Assembly (NCBI GenBank): GCA_963701075.1
Contig: OY969559.1
Location: 192,001 to 256,000, forward strand
DNA: 64,000 nt
Direction: 5' to 3'
Source: an uncultured Nitrososphaerota archaeon
GTDB lineage: Archaea; Thermoproteota; Nitrososphaeria; Nitrososphaerales; Nitrosopumilaceae
A program made the position numbers and the translations under genes. Of this stretch, positions 10,740 to 22,088 are shown in pieces. The notes beneath the pieces were generated by a model, which was given only the letters and a program-made list of their open reading frames with translations, was not told the origin of the DNA and ran no database searches. The number at the start of each line of letters is the position of its first letter. Position 1 is the stretch's first letter.

Positions 10740-12230
10740 TTATTTTATTTTGTGTATAATGCTAGAAAGGACTGGATAAATCTTCTCAGCAGTATTCTTT
10801 GGAAAACCAGAGTATATCACGTCATGAATATCTCCATCTGTGAATAAATTCAAGCGGATATACACTATTAAAGAACCAAAGAAGATAGCAATTGAAGCAA
10901 TTATAAATTCAATATGAAATATCCACAAAATAAAACCCAATGCCATTGGGATAACTGTAAATATTGCATATTTTCTATATTCCAGCACCAAATTATGTTT
11001 TGAAGCAAATTTACTTATGAAGATGAATGTTACAATTGAACCAGCAATGTAAGCAAGAGCAGCACCATTACCTCCAAAAGAAGGAATTAGCACAAAATAA
11101 AGAATAGTACGTAGAATGCTTCCAATAAGTCCGAAATAAAATACAGATTTGTGATCACCTCTTCCATAAATAAAATGGTAAACTATTCCAGTTACGATAT
11201 CAAATGGAACTGCAATCATTAAGATGACTAGAATGCTTTGTCCAATGCTAAAGGTCTTGCCAAAGATTCCAAGGAAGTCATTTGAAAAGAAAAGAAGTGA
11301 AAGTGATATTGGAATAGTAAAAATAAAGCCTAGTTTTAATGTGTGTAATAAATACAAAACACGTTGTTCTGCACTGATCATGCCAGCAACTAAAGGTTGA
11401 GTAATTCTTTCAATTCCATTTACAATAAAAAGTGATAATGAATAAATTGACATAGGGATATAAAATAGTCCTGCGTCAGTAGGGCTCTTGTTTGCAAAAA
11501 TAATTATAACTCCAAGTTGTGATCCTATTTGACCCATTACATAAGGAAGCCAACTCGCAAGACTTGCATTAAAAAGTTGTTTGAAATTCGAAACTATATT
11601 ATGTGTAGACTTTAGAGGGGTTCCTTTTACAATTTTTAATACATAAAAAGCATAAAATGCTGTAGATACAAATAACATTGAAGCGTATGAAAGTATTGTT
11701 CCCATGCCAGGAGAATTCAGGAAATAAACAAAACCAAAAAGTAAAGGAAATCTAATCAAAGATCCAATGATTGACGGCAATAAAAGTTTCTTTGCATTGA
11801 GTGATGATACCAACGGTTCATACAAAATAAAGTTAAATGTAGTTGCAGCAATCATTGCAACAATTATCCATACATATTCATAGCCAATACCCATTAATCT
11901 TAAGATTTGTAGTTGTGGAATAAGGATCAATACAGATATGATAATAGTTCCTACTGACACAAACAATATCGACGAAGTGACAAACTGTTTGAATTCTCCC
12001 ATGTTTCCCAAAGAAAATGAGATTCCCAGGTATCGTCTGATTCCTGCTGATGCATTTACACTACTTATCGAGGTGACTAGTGTTACAAATGATGCTATTG
12101 CAGCAACTAAACCAATAGTATCTACATTAACTACTTTTGTTGCAAAAAGTAAAAAAGCATAGGCAAGTATGGCGGGTAACATATAACCCATAGAAGCATA
12201 TCCAATATTCTTTCCAACTTTATCATCCAA
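10740..12230 (-). CDS. Oligosaccharide flippase (Wzx/MATE-like)
   Basis: 496-aa polytopic membrane protein; LIP.FG..GAA.A motif; glycan-cluster context. Confidence 0.8.
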   Translation of the reverse strand: MDDKVGKNIGYASMGYMLPAILAYAFLLFATKVVNVDTIGLVAAIASFVTLVTSISSVNASAGIRRYLGISFSLGNMGEFKQFVTSSILFVSVGTIIISVLILIPQLQILRLMGIGYEYVWIIVAMIAATTFNFILYEPLVSSLNAKKLLLPSIIGSLIRFPLLFGFVYFLNSPGMGTILSYASMLFVSTAFYAFYVLKIVKGTPLKSTHNIVSNFKQLFNASLASWLPYVMGQIGSQLGVIIIFANKSPTDAGLFYIPMSIYSLSLFIVNGIERITQPLVAGMISAEQRVLYLLHTLKLGFIFTIPISLSLLFFSNDFLGIFGKTFSIGQSILVILMIAVPFDIVTGIVYHFIYGRGDHKSVFYFGLIGSILRTILYFVLIPSFGGNGAALAYIAGSIVTFIFISKFASKHNLVLEYRKYAIFTVIPMALGFILWIFHIEFIIASIAIFFGSLIVYIRLNLFTDGDIHDVIYSGFPKNTAEKIYPVLSSIIHKIK

Positions 12231-12570
12231 TTACAATCATCAACTTCTATAGCATATTTGGCTAGCAATTTATGTCATACAGCATTAATAACATTCTAAT
12301 CAGATATTTTACAGATTTTATTTAAGAAATTTTAGTTTGTTTACCAACTCGTTCCAAACCGCAATTTTGGCATAAATATTGGACATCTTTCTCATGCAAA
12401 GATCTAAAAATAGATCAAAATGATATTGAAAAATAACGAATTTCGGAGTTAGTCAACAAAGCAAAAAATTTCCTAGTTTCATATACTGGTATAACTAAAA
12501 TTTAACTCCCAAATACCTTGGCATACATGAGAGTGAAAATACAGATGATTGGTTTATAGTATCTAAATGA

Positions 12571-14103
12571 ATGATAAAATTCATGAGAGATAAGATCCTG
12601 TTTTGGATAGATGAAGATTTTATACATTATGGAATTTCAAAATATTTACAAGATAACTATGATTGTGATCTTTTTTCTGTAGTAGATTTACTTGATAAAC
12701 CTAAAAAATTCTTTGAGAAACAACAACTGGTTAAATTTCAAAAAGCATGGTATTACGATGAACATCTTCCATCAGATAATGAAAAACCTGATCTTGCATA
12801 TTTAAAATCCTTTGAAGAAAAATATGGAATAAGTTTATCACGCATGATTTATCTTGATAGGATGTTTTCATTACATAACAAATTTTATAAAGTAAAAAAT
12901 GATCAAATATTGTCACTGATTGAAAGAGCGTGTAGATTCTGTGAAGATGTACTTGATGAATTAAAACCTAATTTCTTTATAACAAAAATGACTAATATGC
13001 ATCACAATCATCTATTTTATGAGACTTGTAAAGCTCGAGGTATTCATGTACTGATGCTTGTACCAGATAAATTTGAACGTAGATGCATGATATCAAAAGA
13101 ATCAAATAAATTTGATTTAAATCCTAACAGTACAGATATTTCAAAAACAAGAACAATTTCAGAATTGCAAGATTTTGTGAAAAAATATAGTTCACAAAAA
13201 CAAACAAAAAAAGGAATTACAAATTTTCAAGCATATACGAAGAAAAAAATTTTAACATGGATTTTAAAATTTTTATTTTCTAAAAGTGAAAATTTCACTG
13301 ATCATTTTAATCGCTATGGTCAAACGAAAATTAGAATTCTCATGAATGCAGCCTCTAATATACTTCAGAGAAAAATCAGAAGTTCCTTCATAGATAGAAA
13401 TTTTATAACAAAAATAGATGAAACAACTCCTTTCATATATTATCCATTACACTATGAACCTGAAAGATTGTATCTCATAGATGTTCCACATTATGACAAT
13501 CAGATTTATGAGATTAAGAATATTGCAAAATCATTACCTATTGGTTATAAATTATTAGTCAAGGAACACCCGGCAATGGTTCTACTTAACTGGAGAGATG
13601 TACAATATTATAAACAAATCATGGATTTGCCTAATGTTCAGTTGGTTCACCCATCTATATCTACAGATGAGATTATAGCGAAATGCTCTCTGGTAATATC
13701 AATTGCAGGTTCTGCGGGTTTGGAATCTGCTTTTTATAAGAAACCGTCAATTGTGTTTTCTGATGTAATTTATTCAACTTTTCCATTTACATACCGTTTA
13801 AAATCAATAGAAGAACTCTCGCAAGCTATACGTCTATCTTTAGAAAGAGAGGTAAATCTCTCTGATCTTGATAGATACTTGAACATTCTTGAACAGAATT
13901 CATTTGAATTCGATATTGTAGAGATTCAATCTGGGTTCAATAATTGGTTCTATGGTGGCGGCGTGTTGACAGATGTGGAAATAGCAATACCAAAAATGAT
14001 ATCCTTTTTAGAGAATTATAAATCATCGTTTGACAAATTGGGCTTTGAACATGTGAAAAAAATCAAGCAATATAATGAAACCAATCAAAAAAATACTCTT
14101 TGA
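12571..14103 (+). CDS. Capsule-biosynthesis/GT-B protein, candidate nonulosonate transferase
   Basis: YYPLHYEPE, VKEHP and GSAGLES..YKKP motifs of Capsule_synth (KpsS/KpsC-like) proteins. Confidence 0.65.
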   Translation: MIKFMRDKILFWIDEDFIHYGISKYLQDNYDCDLFSVVDLLDKPKKFFEKQQLVKFQKAWYYDEHLPSDNEKPDLAYLKSFEEKYGISLSRMIYLDRMFSLHNKFYKVKNDQILSLIERACRFCEDVLDELKPNFFITKMTNMHHNHLFYETCKARGIHVLMLVPDKFERRCMISKESNKFDLNPNSTDISKTRTISELQDFVKKYSSQKQTKKGITNFQAYTKKKILTWILKFLFSKSENFTDHFNRYGQTKIRILMNAASNILQRKIRSSFIDRNFITKIDETTPFIYYPLHYEPERLYLIDVPHYDNQIYEIKNIAKSLPIGYKLLVKEHPAMVLLNWRDVQYYKQIMDLPNVQLVHPSISTDEIIAKCSLVISIAGSAGLESAFYKKPSIVFSDVIYSTFPFTYRLKSIEELSQAIRLSLEREVNLSDLDRYLNILEQNSFEFDIVEIQSGFNNWFYGGGVLTDVEIAIPKMISFLENYKSSFDKLGFEHVKKIKQYNETNQKNTL

Positions 14104-14370
14104 TTTTGTTTGTTACAACACACCACATCAATTAAATAAAAAGAGATGATTGAAGATCTATTATTCATCTTCTTTCTGGTTATTCAATTGTCAAATTCAG
14201 GTTAGAACGCCTACCACAAGTCGTTAAACTATACAGAGTCTTACGGAAGAACTAAACTGTTAAAGTATTTCAAACACAGATTATTATCATCACCATTTTG
14301 GCCTATCAAACGTAAAATGATTGCGAATGTTTAAAATAATGAAGACAAAACATTTCCAAGCTTTTGCTAA

Positions 14371-15000
14371 TCACTTTAATGCTATTCCTAAAGCACGTCT
14401 TGTTACATCCTTTGTGATATATCTAGTACCATGCCAAGATCCTAGAGTTTCTTCAAAACAGACCATGCTATTATCCAAATTATAGGGTTCGAATATTATT
14501 GATGATTCATCTTCATTTTTACAAATGTAAGTGCCACCGGGATCACCTTTTTGCCAGTTTTTAGAAAAGTATAGCATGATTTGTATCTTATGGGGGTAAT
14601 TTCCATCATAATCTATATGTGGAAGTTGGAATCCTCCTTTTGTATTTACTACGAAGGCAGAATGTAATGTCTTCGCTACTTTAATGCCTATAAAATTACT
14701 AAAGTTCTCAAGAAATTCCTTCGAACACATATATGTTTTAAAATCATTCCATTCTTTGCTCAAATGCAGTTCCTCTTTTAGTTCATCACTTCCATCCAAA
14801 AGAGGTTTCATTTTTGAAACACGTCTAAATTGATTTTGCTCCCATGAATTGTCTGGATTTGGAAATGTTTCGTATAATTTTTCGTAAAAAGGGCGGTGAA
14901 AAACCTCTTCAACAAAAGCAAATCTAAAGGGTTTATTGTTTTTAAAGGTCTCGGAATTCTTATACAGATTTTCCCAATTTATTATCTTTTGAGTGCTCAA
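14371..15000 (-). CDS. 2OG-Fe(II) oxygenase
   Basis: PHID...SWHG...RR facial-triad pattern. Confidence 0.8.
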   Translation of the reverse strand: MSTQKIINWENLYKNSETFKNNKPFRFAFVEEVFHRPFYEKLYETFPNPDNSWEQNQFRRVSKMKPLLDGSDELKEELHLSKEWNDFKTYMCSKEFLENFSNFIGIKVAKTLHSAFVVNTKGGFQLPHIDYDGNYPHKIQIMLYFSKNWQKGDPGGTYICKNEDESSIIFEPYNLDNSMVCFEETLGSWHGTRYITKDVTRRALGIALK

Positions 15001-15056
15001 TAGCTAGCAGTCATCTCTGGACTTAATAAAAACTTTACATATGTTATCAAAAATGA

Positions 15057-15503
15057 TTATGACAATTCCATCGCAGCTGTATTCATTTTGTAAAGAACTG
15101 CAGTAAGAAATGTCTTGTACTTTGTTTTTATTAGTGGAGTCAATATTTTATATTTTAATGTTAATTTTAAATTCGCTTTAATGGTAATCGTTGTTCCAGA
15201 ATCATTTTTTCCCAAAGTTAATTGAACTGATGTACCCTTAAGCGGTCCTTTAATTATATCACTTTGTATAATGTTCTTGTCTATCAATTTATGTGATGTA
15301 CGTTGCAATATTTCTTGAAATTTAATTGCTTCAAAAGTCAAGATCTCTTCAGTAATTGTTTCGTTTCCTTTTCTTTCTACAACTTTAATGCTTTTGACTT
15401 GATATGGTGGCAAATATTTTATTGCATTATCATAGTCTGTTGCTATTTTGTAAATCTTACTAGGATCAGCAGGCAAATTCATGGAGAATTCAATTAAAGT
15501 CAT
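15057..15503 (-). CDS. SRPBCC/START (polyketide cyclase-like) protein
   Basis: Size; IYKIATDY....YLP and GPLKG patterns. Confidence 0.65.
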   Translation of the reverse strand: MTLIEFSMNLPADPSKIYKIATDYDNAIKYLPPYQVKSIKVVERKGNETITEEILTFEAIKFQEILQRTSHKLIDKNIIQSDIIKGPLKGTSVQLTLGKNDSGTTITIKANLKLTLKYKILTPLIKTKYKTFLTAVLYKMNTAAMELS

Positions 15504-15595
15504 CAGGTACTACTTAAATGAGAATCATATAAATTTAGTCTTGATTATCGTTTGTGGAATCCACAAATTTTTTATCCATTGGTTTGGGTTTTTCA

Positions 15596-16585
15596 TTATA
15601 ACACATTTTCATTTAGAATAATTTGTTCTAGTTCTTCCTTAGTTAATTTTTTAACCTTGTCTGATGAATATTCTTGTTTTAGGTCTGATTTTTTTGCATC
15701 TATCATTTTTTCAAAATCATGGTTTTGGGTTTGTTGTTCGAATAGTATGTAATCATGTTCAGTTTCAAAGGTATTTCTCAGTTCTTCTTTACTTATGAGA
15801 CATTCATGATATTTTTCTCCAGGTCTGACTGGAATTCTTTCCACTTCGTTTTTCTTTTTCATTAATTCTACTATTGCATCCTTGATATCACCAACGGTGT
15901 AAGCTTTGAGTTTAGGAATAAATACCTCACCACCAGTACCTGTTTTCAGAGCACGCATGATCAAGTCCAGAGCTTGACTCATTGTTATATTAAATCGTGT
16001 CATTGTAGGATCAGTAATAGTAATTTTTCTGCCTTCTCTGATCTGATTGGAAAATACTTGAATGATAGAGCCACGACTTCCTAACACATTGCCGTATCTA
16101 ACACAGGAGAATTTGGTTTTATGATTCCCTTTGTAATAATTTGCCGATATGAATAATCTTTCCATTAACAATTTTGTTGCTCCATAAGTATTAAAAGGAG
16201 AAACTGCCTTGTCTGTTCCAATAGCTAAGGCATGTTCTACATTATTATCTAAACATGCTTCAATCAAGTTTTGTGCTCCGTATACATTTGTTTTTACTGC
16301 TTCAAACGGGTTATATTCTGCCACAGGAACATGTTTGAGTGCGGCTGCATGAATTACTATATTGATGTCTTCTAATGCCCTATGCAGTCTATTTTTGTCT
16401 CTAATATCTCCAATTAAAAATCGCAATCTATGATCCTTGAATTCTGAGTCCATCTTAACTTGTTTTAGTTCATCTCTGCTAAAAATTCTAATTGTATCAA
16501 CATTGTTTTCTAGTAATCTTCTTGTCAGTGCAGTACCTAATGAACCAGTGCCGCCTGTTATGAGAATCTTCTTTCCTTCAAACAT
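15596..16585 (-). CDS. UDP-N-acetylglucosamine 4,6-dehydratase (PseB/CapD family)
   Basis: ITGGTGSLG, FSRDELKQ, HAAALKHVP, GTDKAV, YGATK, RYGNVLGSRGS. Confidence 0.9.
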   Translation of the reverse strand: MFEGKKILITGGTGSLGTALTRRLLENNVDTIRIFSRDELKQVKMDSEFKDHRLRFLIGDIRDKNRLHRALEDINIVIHAAALKHVPVAEYNPFEAVKTNVYGAQNLIEACLDNNVEHALAIGTDKAVSPFNTYGATKLLMERLFISANYYKGNHKTKFSCVRYGNVLGSRGSIIQVFSNQIREGRKITITDPTMTRFNITMSQALDLIMRALKTGTGGEVFIPKLKAYTVGDIKDAIVELMKKKNEVERIPVRPGEKYHECLISKEELRNTFETEHDYILFEQQTQNHDFEKMIDAKKSDLKQEYSSDKVKKLTKEELEQIILNENVL

Positions 16586-16724
16586 AGTAGGTTCATTTAA
16601 AATGCAATACAATAATCTTCCGTTTTCTTGTCTCTAACGTTACTAATTATTCACTAACTAACCAAACGATTTACATGATTAGAAAATTACATACTGCATA
16701 TCATTTGAAAATCTATATTGTAGA

Positions 16725-17011
16725 TGGTACGGACCCCTCTAGAATAAGATCATCTCATTACATACACTTTTTGAACATTATTGGAGGAATCATACATGGT
16801 AAGAAGCAAATTCATGCCCCAGAAAAAGGCAAGAATAATCTTGGAGTCATTGAACACAAACATCAGTGCTGCAGAGCTGTGCCGCAAGCAAAATATCAGC
16901 CCGCCGACATTTTACCAGTGGAAAGAAAAATTCGTAGAAGGTACAGTACACTGTCAGAATTCTACCGTTTGTGGGAGATGAGAAATAAATGAGAGTAATT
17001 GTATGTAAAAT
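16725..17011 (+). mobile_element. IS3-family remnant (left end plus truncated orfA HTH), copy 1
   Basis: Begins TGGTACGGACCCC; ORF MVRSKF..KKARIILESL..SAAELCRKQNISPPTFYQWKEKF; 16727-17011 is the reverse complement of 20304-20588. Confidence 0.85.
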
Positions 17012-17193
17012 CATGCCAAAAGCGTTCTCCAAGACAGGGTCCACTCCGATCATTATTATAAAATTTAAATTTTGAATCTGTAAAACAGTAGTTATTGAAC
17101 TGCACATTACATCCATGTCATGTCTGATAATGTGAAAAAACTTTTTATCTAGGGGTTAGTAAAATTGGGATTACTAGGAAAACATAGCAGAAT

Positions 17194-17992
17194 ATGACTC
17201 AATTAAACTCTGATTTAATAAAAATGCATTTAGAAGAAATTAATCTTAAGGGCTATAGCATTATTGAAAATGTTATTACTTCAGATGAATGTAAAAAAAT
17301 TTCAGATAAACTTGATGCGTTTGAAGAAGATCAGCAAAAGGAATTTGGTCTTGAGCGTCTAAAAAAATTAACCGAAATTGGAATTATAAGAACTCTAATA
17401 GAAAAAGATGAATATTTCATGAATATTATTCTCAACCGAACCGTTTTGTCCATAATGAATACAATATTGGGTGATAAACGTATTTTACATCTTCAGAATG
17501 GTCTAGTCCTAGAACCACAGCTTGCACAAAATCAAATAGCTCGCTATCATAGAGATATGCCATTTTCAAATTATGCTGGAAATCCTATAGCAGTAAATGC
17601 CTTTTGGATGATTGATGATTTTACAAAAGAGAATGGTGCAACGTGGATATTGCCATATAGTCATAAGATGTTGGAAATTCCCAGTACTCAATTTATAGAA
17701 AAGCATAGCATACAAGCAGAAACCAAAAAAGGATCAGTAATGATTTTTGATAGTAGGTTACTTCACAAAGTCTGGATTTAACAATACAAAGAATAGAAGA
17801 AGAGCTATAAATCACTTGTACACAAAATCTTTTGTAAAACAACAGCTTGATTTTCCTAAAATAATGGCTGGAAAATATGATTTAGAAAGTGAGATGAGCC
17901 AGATTTTGGGATTCTGGTCAGTTCCTCCAAAATCTATTCATGAGTTTAGAAGTGATCCAGAGAAAAGAACATACCGAAGTGGTCAACAATAG
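17194..17992 (+). CDS. Phytanoyl-CoA dioxygenase (PhyH) family, frameshifted near 17770
   Basis: YHRD, DDFTKENGAT..LP.SH, then LH/KSGFNNT..RRRA continues in another frame; pseudogene or sequence error. Confidence 0.8.
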
Positions 17993-18386
17993 TAAATATT
18001 GGAATGTCATTAAATTTGATTTTAATCTATCTTTGTGATTATAAAACCTCTCTCAATAACTAATTGTTAACTTGCTTCTTATAATTTTCATATAGTGTGA
18101 TTTAAACAAGATAATACAATTTTTATACTAATCAAGTCTTAGATAAATATCCCTCAGATAAATTCTTAAGGAATTAATCTATGGTTAGCTTAAGACCATC
18201 TCTGAACGTAATTACAGATTCAAATCCTAATTTTTCATTGGCGTTCGTTATTGACAGCTTGTGTATTACAGTGAGATTTTTTGATAATACCTAATGATTA
18301 TTTGTAGATTTGAAGGTATTATTATTGTATTGTGATGCCTACAGCAATCTATAAGACTATCTAGAACTTCACTTAAGAAGATTAAT

Positions 18387-19331
18387 GTGCTGTATAGTTA
18401 TATTGGTAATAAGAGAATTTCCAAAATCACCTTGGGAACGGTCCAGATTGGAGTTAGGTATGGAATTGCTAACAAATCTGGAAAACCAAACTTTCAATCT
18501 GCACAAAATATTTTGCAGTCATCTGTTCTTATGGGAATAAATGCTTTTGATACTGCCGCCACTTACGGTAATAGTGAAGAAATTATTGGATCTTTTCTTA
18601 AAAAAATATCATTAGAAGAATATCCAATAATAATTACCAAGATTCCAAAAATTCAAGCTAAAAACGTCTCATTTGAAAATATCTATCAGCAGGTAAAATC
18701 ATCAGTGGTTAGTTCTGCTACAAGACTAAATTTGGACCAGATTCCAATTTGTTTGCTTCATGAAGCTGGTGATATGATATCTTATGATGGATTAGTTACT
18801 AAGAGTCTAGTAAAGCTTAAAGAAGAAGGATTTGTCAAAATGATTGGAGCGTCAATATATAGCCCTACAGAAGCAAAAAAATTTCTTGAGATAGATGAAT
18901 TTGAAGTAATACAGATTCCAATTAACATATTTGATACTCGTTTATTAAAACAAGGAATCCTTGATGAATTTAATCAAAGAAAAACTATTGTTTTTGCACG
19001 TAGCATTTTTCTTCAAGGACTTATTTTTCTCAAACTTGAAAAGCTGCCTTCTTTCCTTGCATCTGCAAGAATTCCTCTTGAACAATTTTATGATCTTTCA
19101 TCCGATTTGGGTATGAATCCTGCACAACTCGCGTTAACCTTTGTAAGAGACACACCGGGAATTACAAGCATGGTGCTAGGAGTTGAGACTGTAAATCAGT
19201 TAAATGAGAATGTTAAATTAATAGATTCGCCACATCTGTCTGACGGTGTGAGGTGTAAGATAATAGATATGTTTTGTGATACTCCTGAGGAAATAGTTAA
19301 TCCAAGTAAATGGAACATAAAGGAAGAATAG
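18387..19331 (+). CDS. Aldo/keto reductase
   Basis: LGTVQIG..YG, GINAFDTAATYGNSEE, GASIY. Confidence 0.88.
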   Translation: MLYSYIGNKRISKITLGTVQIGVRYGIANKSGKPNFQSAQNILQSSVLMGINAFDTAATYGNSEEIIGSFLKKISLEEYPIIITKIPKIQAKNVSFENIYQQVKSSVVSSATRLNLDQIPICLLHEAGDMISYDGLVTKSLVKLKEEGFVKMIGASIYSPTEAKKFLEIDEFEVIQIPINIFDTRLLKQGILDEFNQRKTIVFARSIFLQGLIFLKLEKLPSFLASARIPLEQFYDLSSDLGMNPAQLALTFVRDTPGITSMVLGVETVNQLNENVKLIDSPHLSDGVRCKIIDMFCDTPEEIVNPSKWNIKEE

Positions 19332-19333
19332 AA

Positions 19334-20124
19334 TTGAATGTTAAAGATCTCTTTAATTTAAAAAATAATGTTTCCGTTGTGACTGGTGGTGCTGGTCACT
19401 TGGGCCTTGCTCTCTCAGAAGCTTTACTGAAGCAGGTTCTGATGTTTACATTGTTAGTAGGAATGAAGAAAAATGTAAAAAAGCAGCAAAATCTATACAA
19501 AAATGTACTGGAGCAAATGTAAAAGGATTATCAGTAGACATTTCTTCCATGATATCAATCATAAAATGTTTCAATGAAATAGTAAAGAAATCAGGAAGAA
19601 TAGATGTACTTGTAAATAATGCTGCATTTGCTCCACTTAAAAAATTTGAGAAAATGTCTGATGAAGATTGGATTAGAGGAATAGATGGAACCATAAATGG
19701 TGTGTACAGGACAACAAAAGCAGCAATACCAATCATGGAAAAAAACAAGGGTGGTTCTATCATTAATATTTCATCGATGTATGGAACTGTCTCACCTGAT
19801 CCATCAATTTATGGAAATTCTGGATTCGATAATCCTCCAAATTATGGTGCAGGAAAAGCAGCTATTGTTCAATTTACCCGCTATTTGGCATGTCATATGG
19901 CAAAAAAAGGAATACGAGCAAATGCTGTTTCACCTGGACCATTTCCAAATCTAAAGGTACAAAAGAATAAAACATTCATTTCTAACTTGGAAAAAAAAAC
20001 TCCCTTGGGTAGAATCGGCTTACCTTATGAACTCAAAGGAATAACTGTGTTCTTAGCATCAAAGGCATCAAGTTATGTCACTGGACAAAACATACATGTA
20101 GATGGTGGATGGACTGCATGGTAA
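19334..20124 (+). CDS. SDR oxidoreductase, frameshifted near 19428
   Basis: VTGGAGHLG in the first frame; NNA, YGAGK, NAVSPG and VDGG in the second; one base appears missing. Confidence 0.85.
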
Positions 20125-20264
20125 ACAAATTTTTGATTTGTTCCATTTTTTCTATCCGAGATTTATTCAAATATGTATGATTGGTCTGGCTCTTACTCAC
20201 ATATCTATTAACAAAGATTCTTTATTACTTAGAAGATGATTTTTTATTTCTTATTAGTATTTTT

Positions 20265-20590
20265 TGGTGCGGACCCCCTGTTTTTAGTACCACTTTTTGA
20301 ATAATTTTACATACAATTACTCTCATTTATTTCTCATCTCCCACAAACGGTAGAATTCTGACAGTGTACTGTACCTTCTACGAATTTTTCTTTCCACTGG
20401 TAAAATGTCGGCGGGCTGATATTTTGCTTGCGGCACAGCTCTGCAGCACTGATGTTTGTGTTCAATGACTCCAAGATTATTCTTGCCTTTTTCTGGGGCA
20501 TGAATTTGCTTCTTACCATGTATGATTCCTCCAATAATGTTCAAAAAGTGTATGTAATGAGATGATCTTATTCTAGAGGGGTCCGTACTA
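20265..20590 (-). mobile_element. IS3-family internally deleted element (MITE-like), copy 2, with both ends
   Basis: Inverted copy of 16727-17011; ends TGGTGCGGACCCC (20265) and GGGGTCCGTACTA (20590) are imperfect inverted repeats. Confidence 0.85.
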
Positions 20591-20661
20591 ATAAATAGGT
20601 AATAAACTAATCTGCATTATCCTAAAAACCAATAGTTTTATTTCTCATTTTTCTTCAATAT

Positions 20662-21348
20662 GTGATGAAGAAAAATATTGCAGATTCTATCATTGTATAC
20701 TATTCTAATCTGTTTAAAAAATATGGATTGAGTAACAAAGCACTTGGTTGGCTAACTGGAAAACAATCTATTCGATTCAACATACTTACTCAAATTGGTA
20801 GCATGGATAATTCATCTGTTCTGGATGTAGGTTGTGGATTTGGTGATTTTTATGGTTATCTCAAGTATAAAAAAATACGTGCAAAATATCACGGTGTGGA
20901 TATTAATAATGATTTTTTAGAATTAACAAGAAAAAGATATCCGGGTACTATTTTTGAGTTAAGAGATATTCAAAAAGATCATTTTAAAAGAAAATTTGAT
21001 TGGGTTGTAGCAACGGGAATTACAAACCATGCTAGTACATATCCGCATCTAAAAAGTATCATAAAAGAAATGTTTAGTATTTGTAGAAAAGGAGTCGTTA
21101 TGGATTTTATAAGTAATTATGTAGACTATAAAGATAAAGATATTTTTTACACATCCCCCGAAATAATATTCAAATTTGCAAAGAGCTTGACACGTCGTGT
21201 TGTTTTAAGACATGACTATATGCCCTTTGAATTTTGTTTATATATATACAAAAATGATGTTAAAAATAAAAGAAATGTTTTTGACGAATATTATAGAAGT
21301 TTGCCAAAAACAATACAAAATGATTCATGGCTGAAATATCCTAAATAA
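20662..21348 (+). CDS. Class I SAM-dependent methyltransferase
   Basis: VLDVGCGFGD; GVDIN. Confidence 0.88.
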   Translation: MMKKNIADSIIVYYSNLFKKYGLSNKALGWLTGKQSIRFNILTQIGSMDNSSVLDVGCGFGDFYGYLKYKKIRAKYHGVDINNDFLELTRKRYPGTIFELRDIQKDHFKRKFDWVVATGITNHASTYPHLKSIIKEMFSICRKGVVMDFISNYVDYKDKDIFYTSPEIIFKFAKSLTRRVVLRHDYMPFEFCLYIYKNDVKNKRNVFDEYYRSLPKTIQNDSWLKYPK

Positions 21349-21380
21349 GGCCATATGAAAAAGTTAAATTCGCATCATAA

Positions 21381-22076
21381 GTGAAAATGTTAAAAATGAT
21401 AGTCAGTATATCTCAACCAACCTTATTTCCATGGTTAGGATATTTTAGTATCATAAAAAATTCTGATGTTTTTGTTTTTTTGGATAATGTCAAATTTGAA
21501 AAAAGAAGTTGGCAGATGCGAAATAAATTAAAAGCAATATCTGGTGATCAAGAATCTGAAGTATGGATAAGAATACCAACTAGATTAGAAAAAACTGATA
21601 CGATGATAAAAGATGTACTCATTGACAACACGCAAGATTGGAAACGTAAACACATCAATGCATTTAGAAGTAATTATGGTAAAGACTATGCCGAAATAGA
21701 TTTTTTACAGAAAATGTATGAAAAGGATTGGGAAAAATTAGCAGAATTTAACATCACTTTTATTCGTGAATGTTGCCAATTTTTGGGAATCAGAACTAAA
21801 TTAGTCAGGGCATCGGATTTATCAGTGGAAGGAAAAAAAAGCCAATTATTGTTAAATATATGTAAGAATTTTTCTGCAACTGAATATCTAAGTACTGTAG
21901 GTTCAAAAGAATATCTAGAAAATGACAAGAATATGTTTGAAATAGAAAATATTAAAATCTCATATCATGAATATGTACATCCAATTTATAGACAGAAAGG
22001 AAATACATTCATAGAAAAGATGAGTATCCTCGATTTGTTGTTTAATGAAAAAGAAAACTCTATGAAATTTATCTAA
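21381..22076 (+). CDS. WbqC-family protein
   Basis: QP..FPWLGYF, FLDNV.F....WQ.RN, HP.Y.Q, MSILDLLFN. Confidence 0.9.
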   Translation: MKMLKMIVSISQPTLFPWLGYFSIIKNSDVFVFLDNVKFEKRSWQMRNKLKAISGDQESEVWIRIPTRLEKTDTMIKDVLIDNTQDWKRKHINAFRSNYGKDYAEIDFLQKMYEKDWEKLAEFNITFIRECCQFLGIRTKLVRASDLSVEGKKSQLLLNICKNFSATEYLSTVGSKEYLENDKNMFEIENIKISYHEYVHPIYRQKGNTFIEKMSILDLLFNEKENSMKFI

Positions 22077-22088
22077 ATATTTGGTAGA

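Noticed and set aside
16675-16992. 105-aa and 73-aa ORFs overlapping the IS remnants
   Set aside because: Alternative frames of the IS3 orfA fragment
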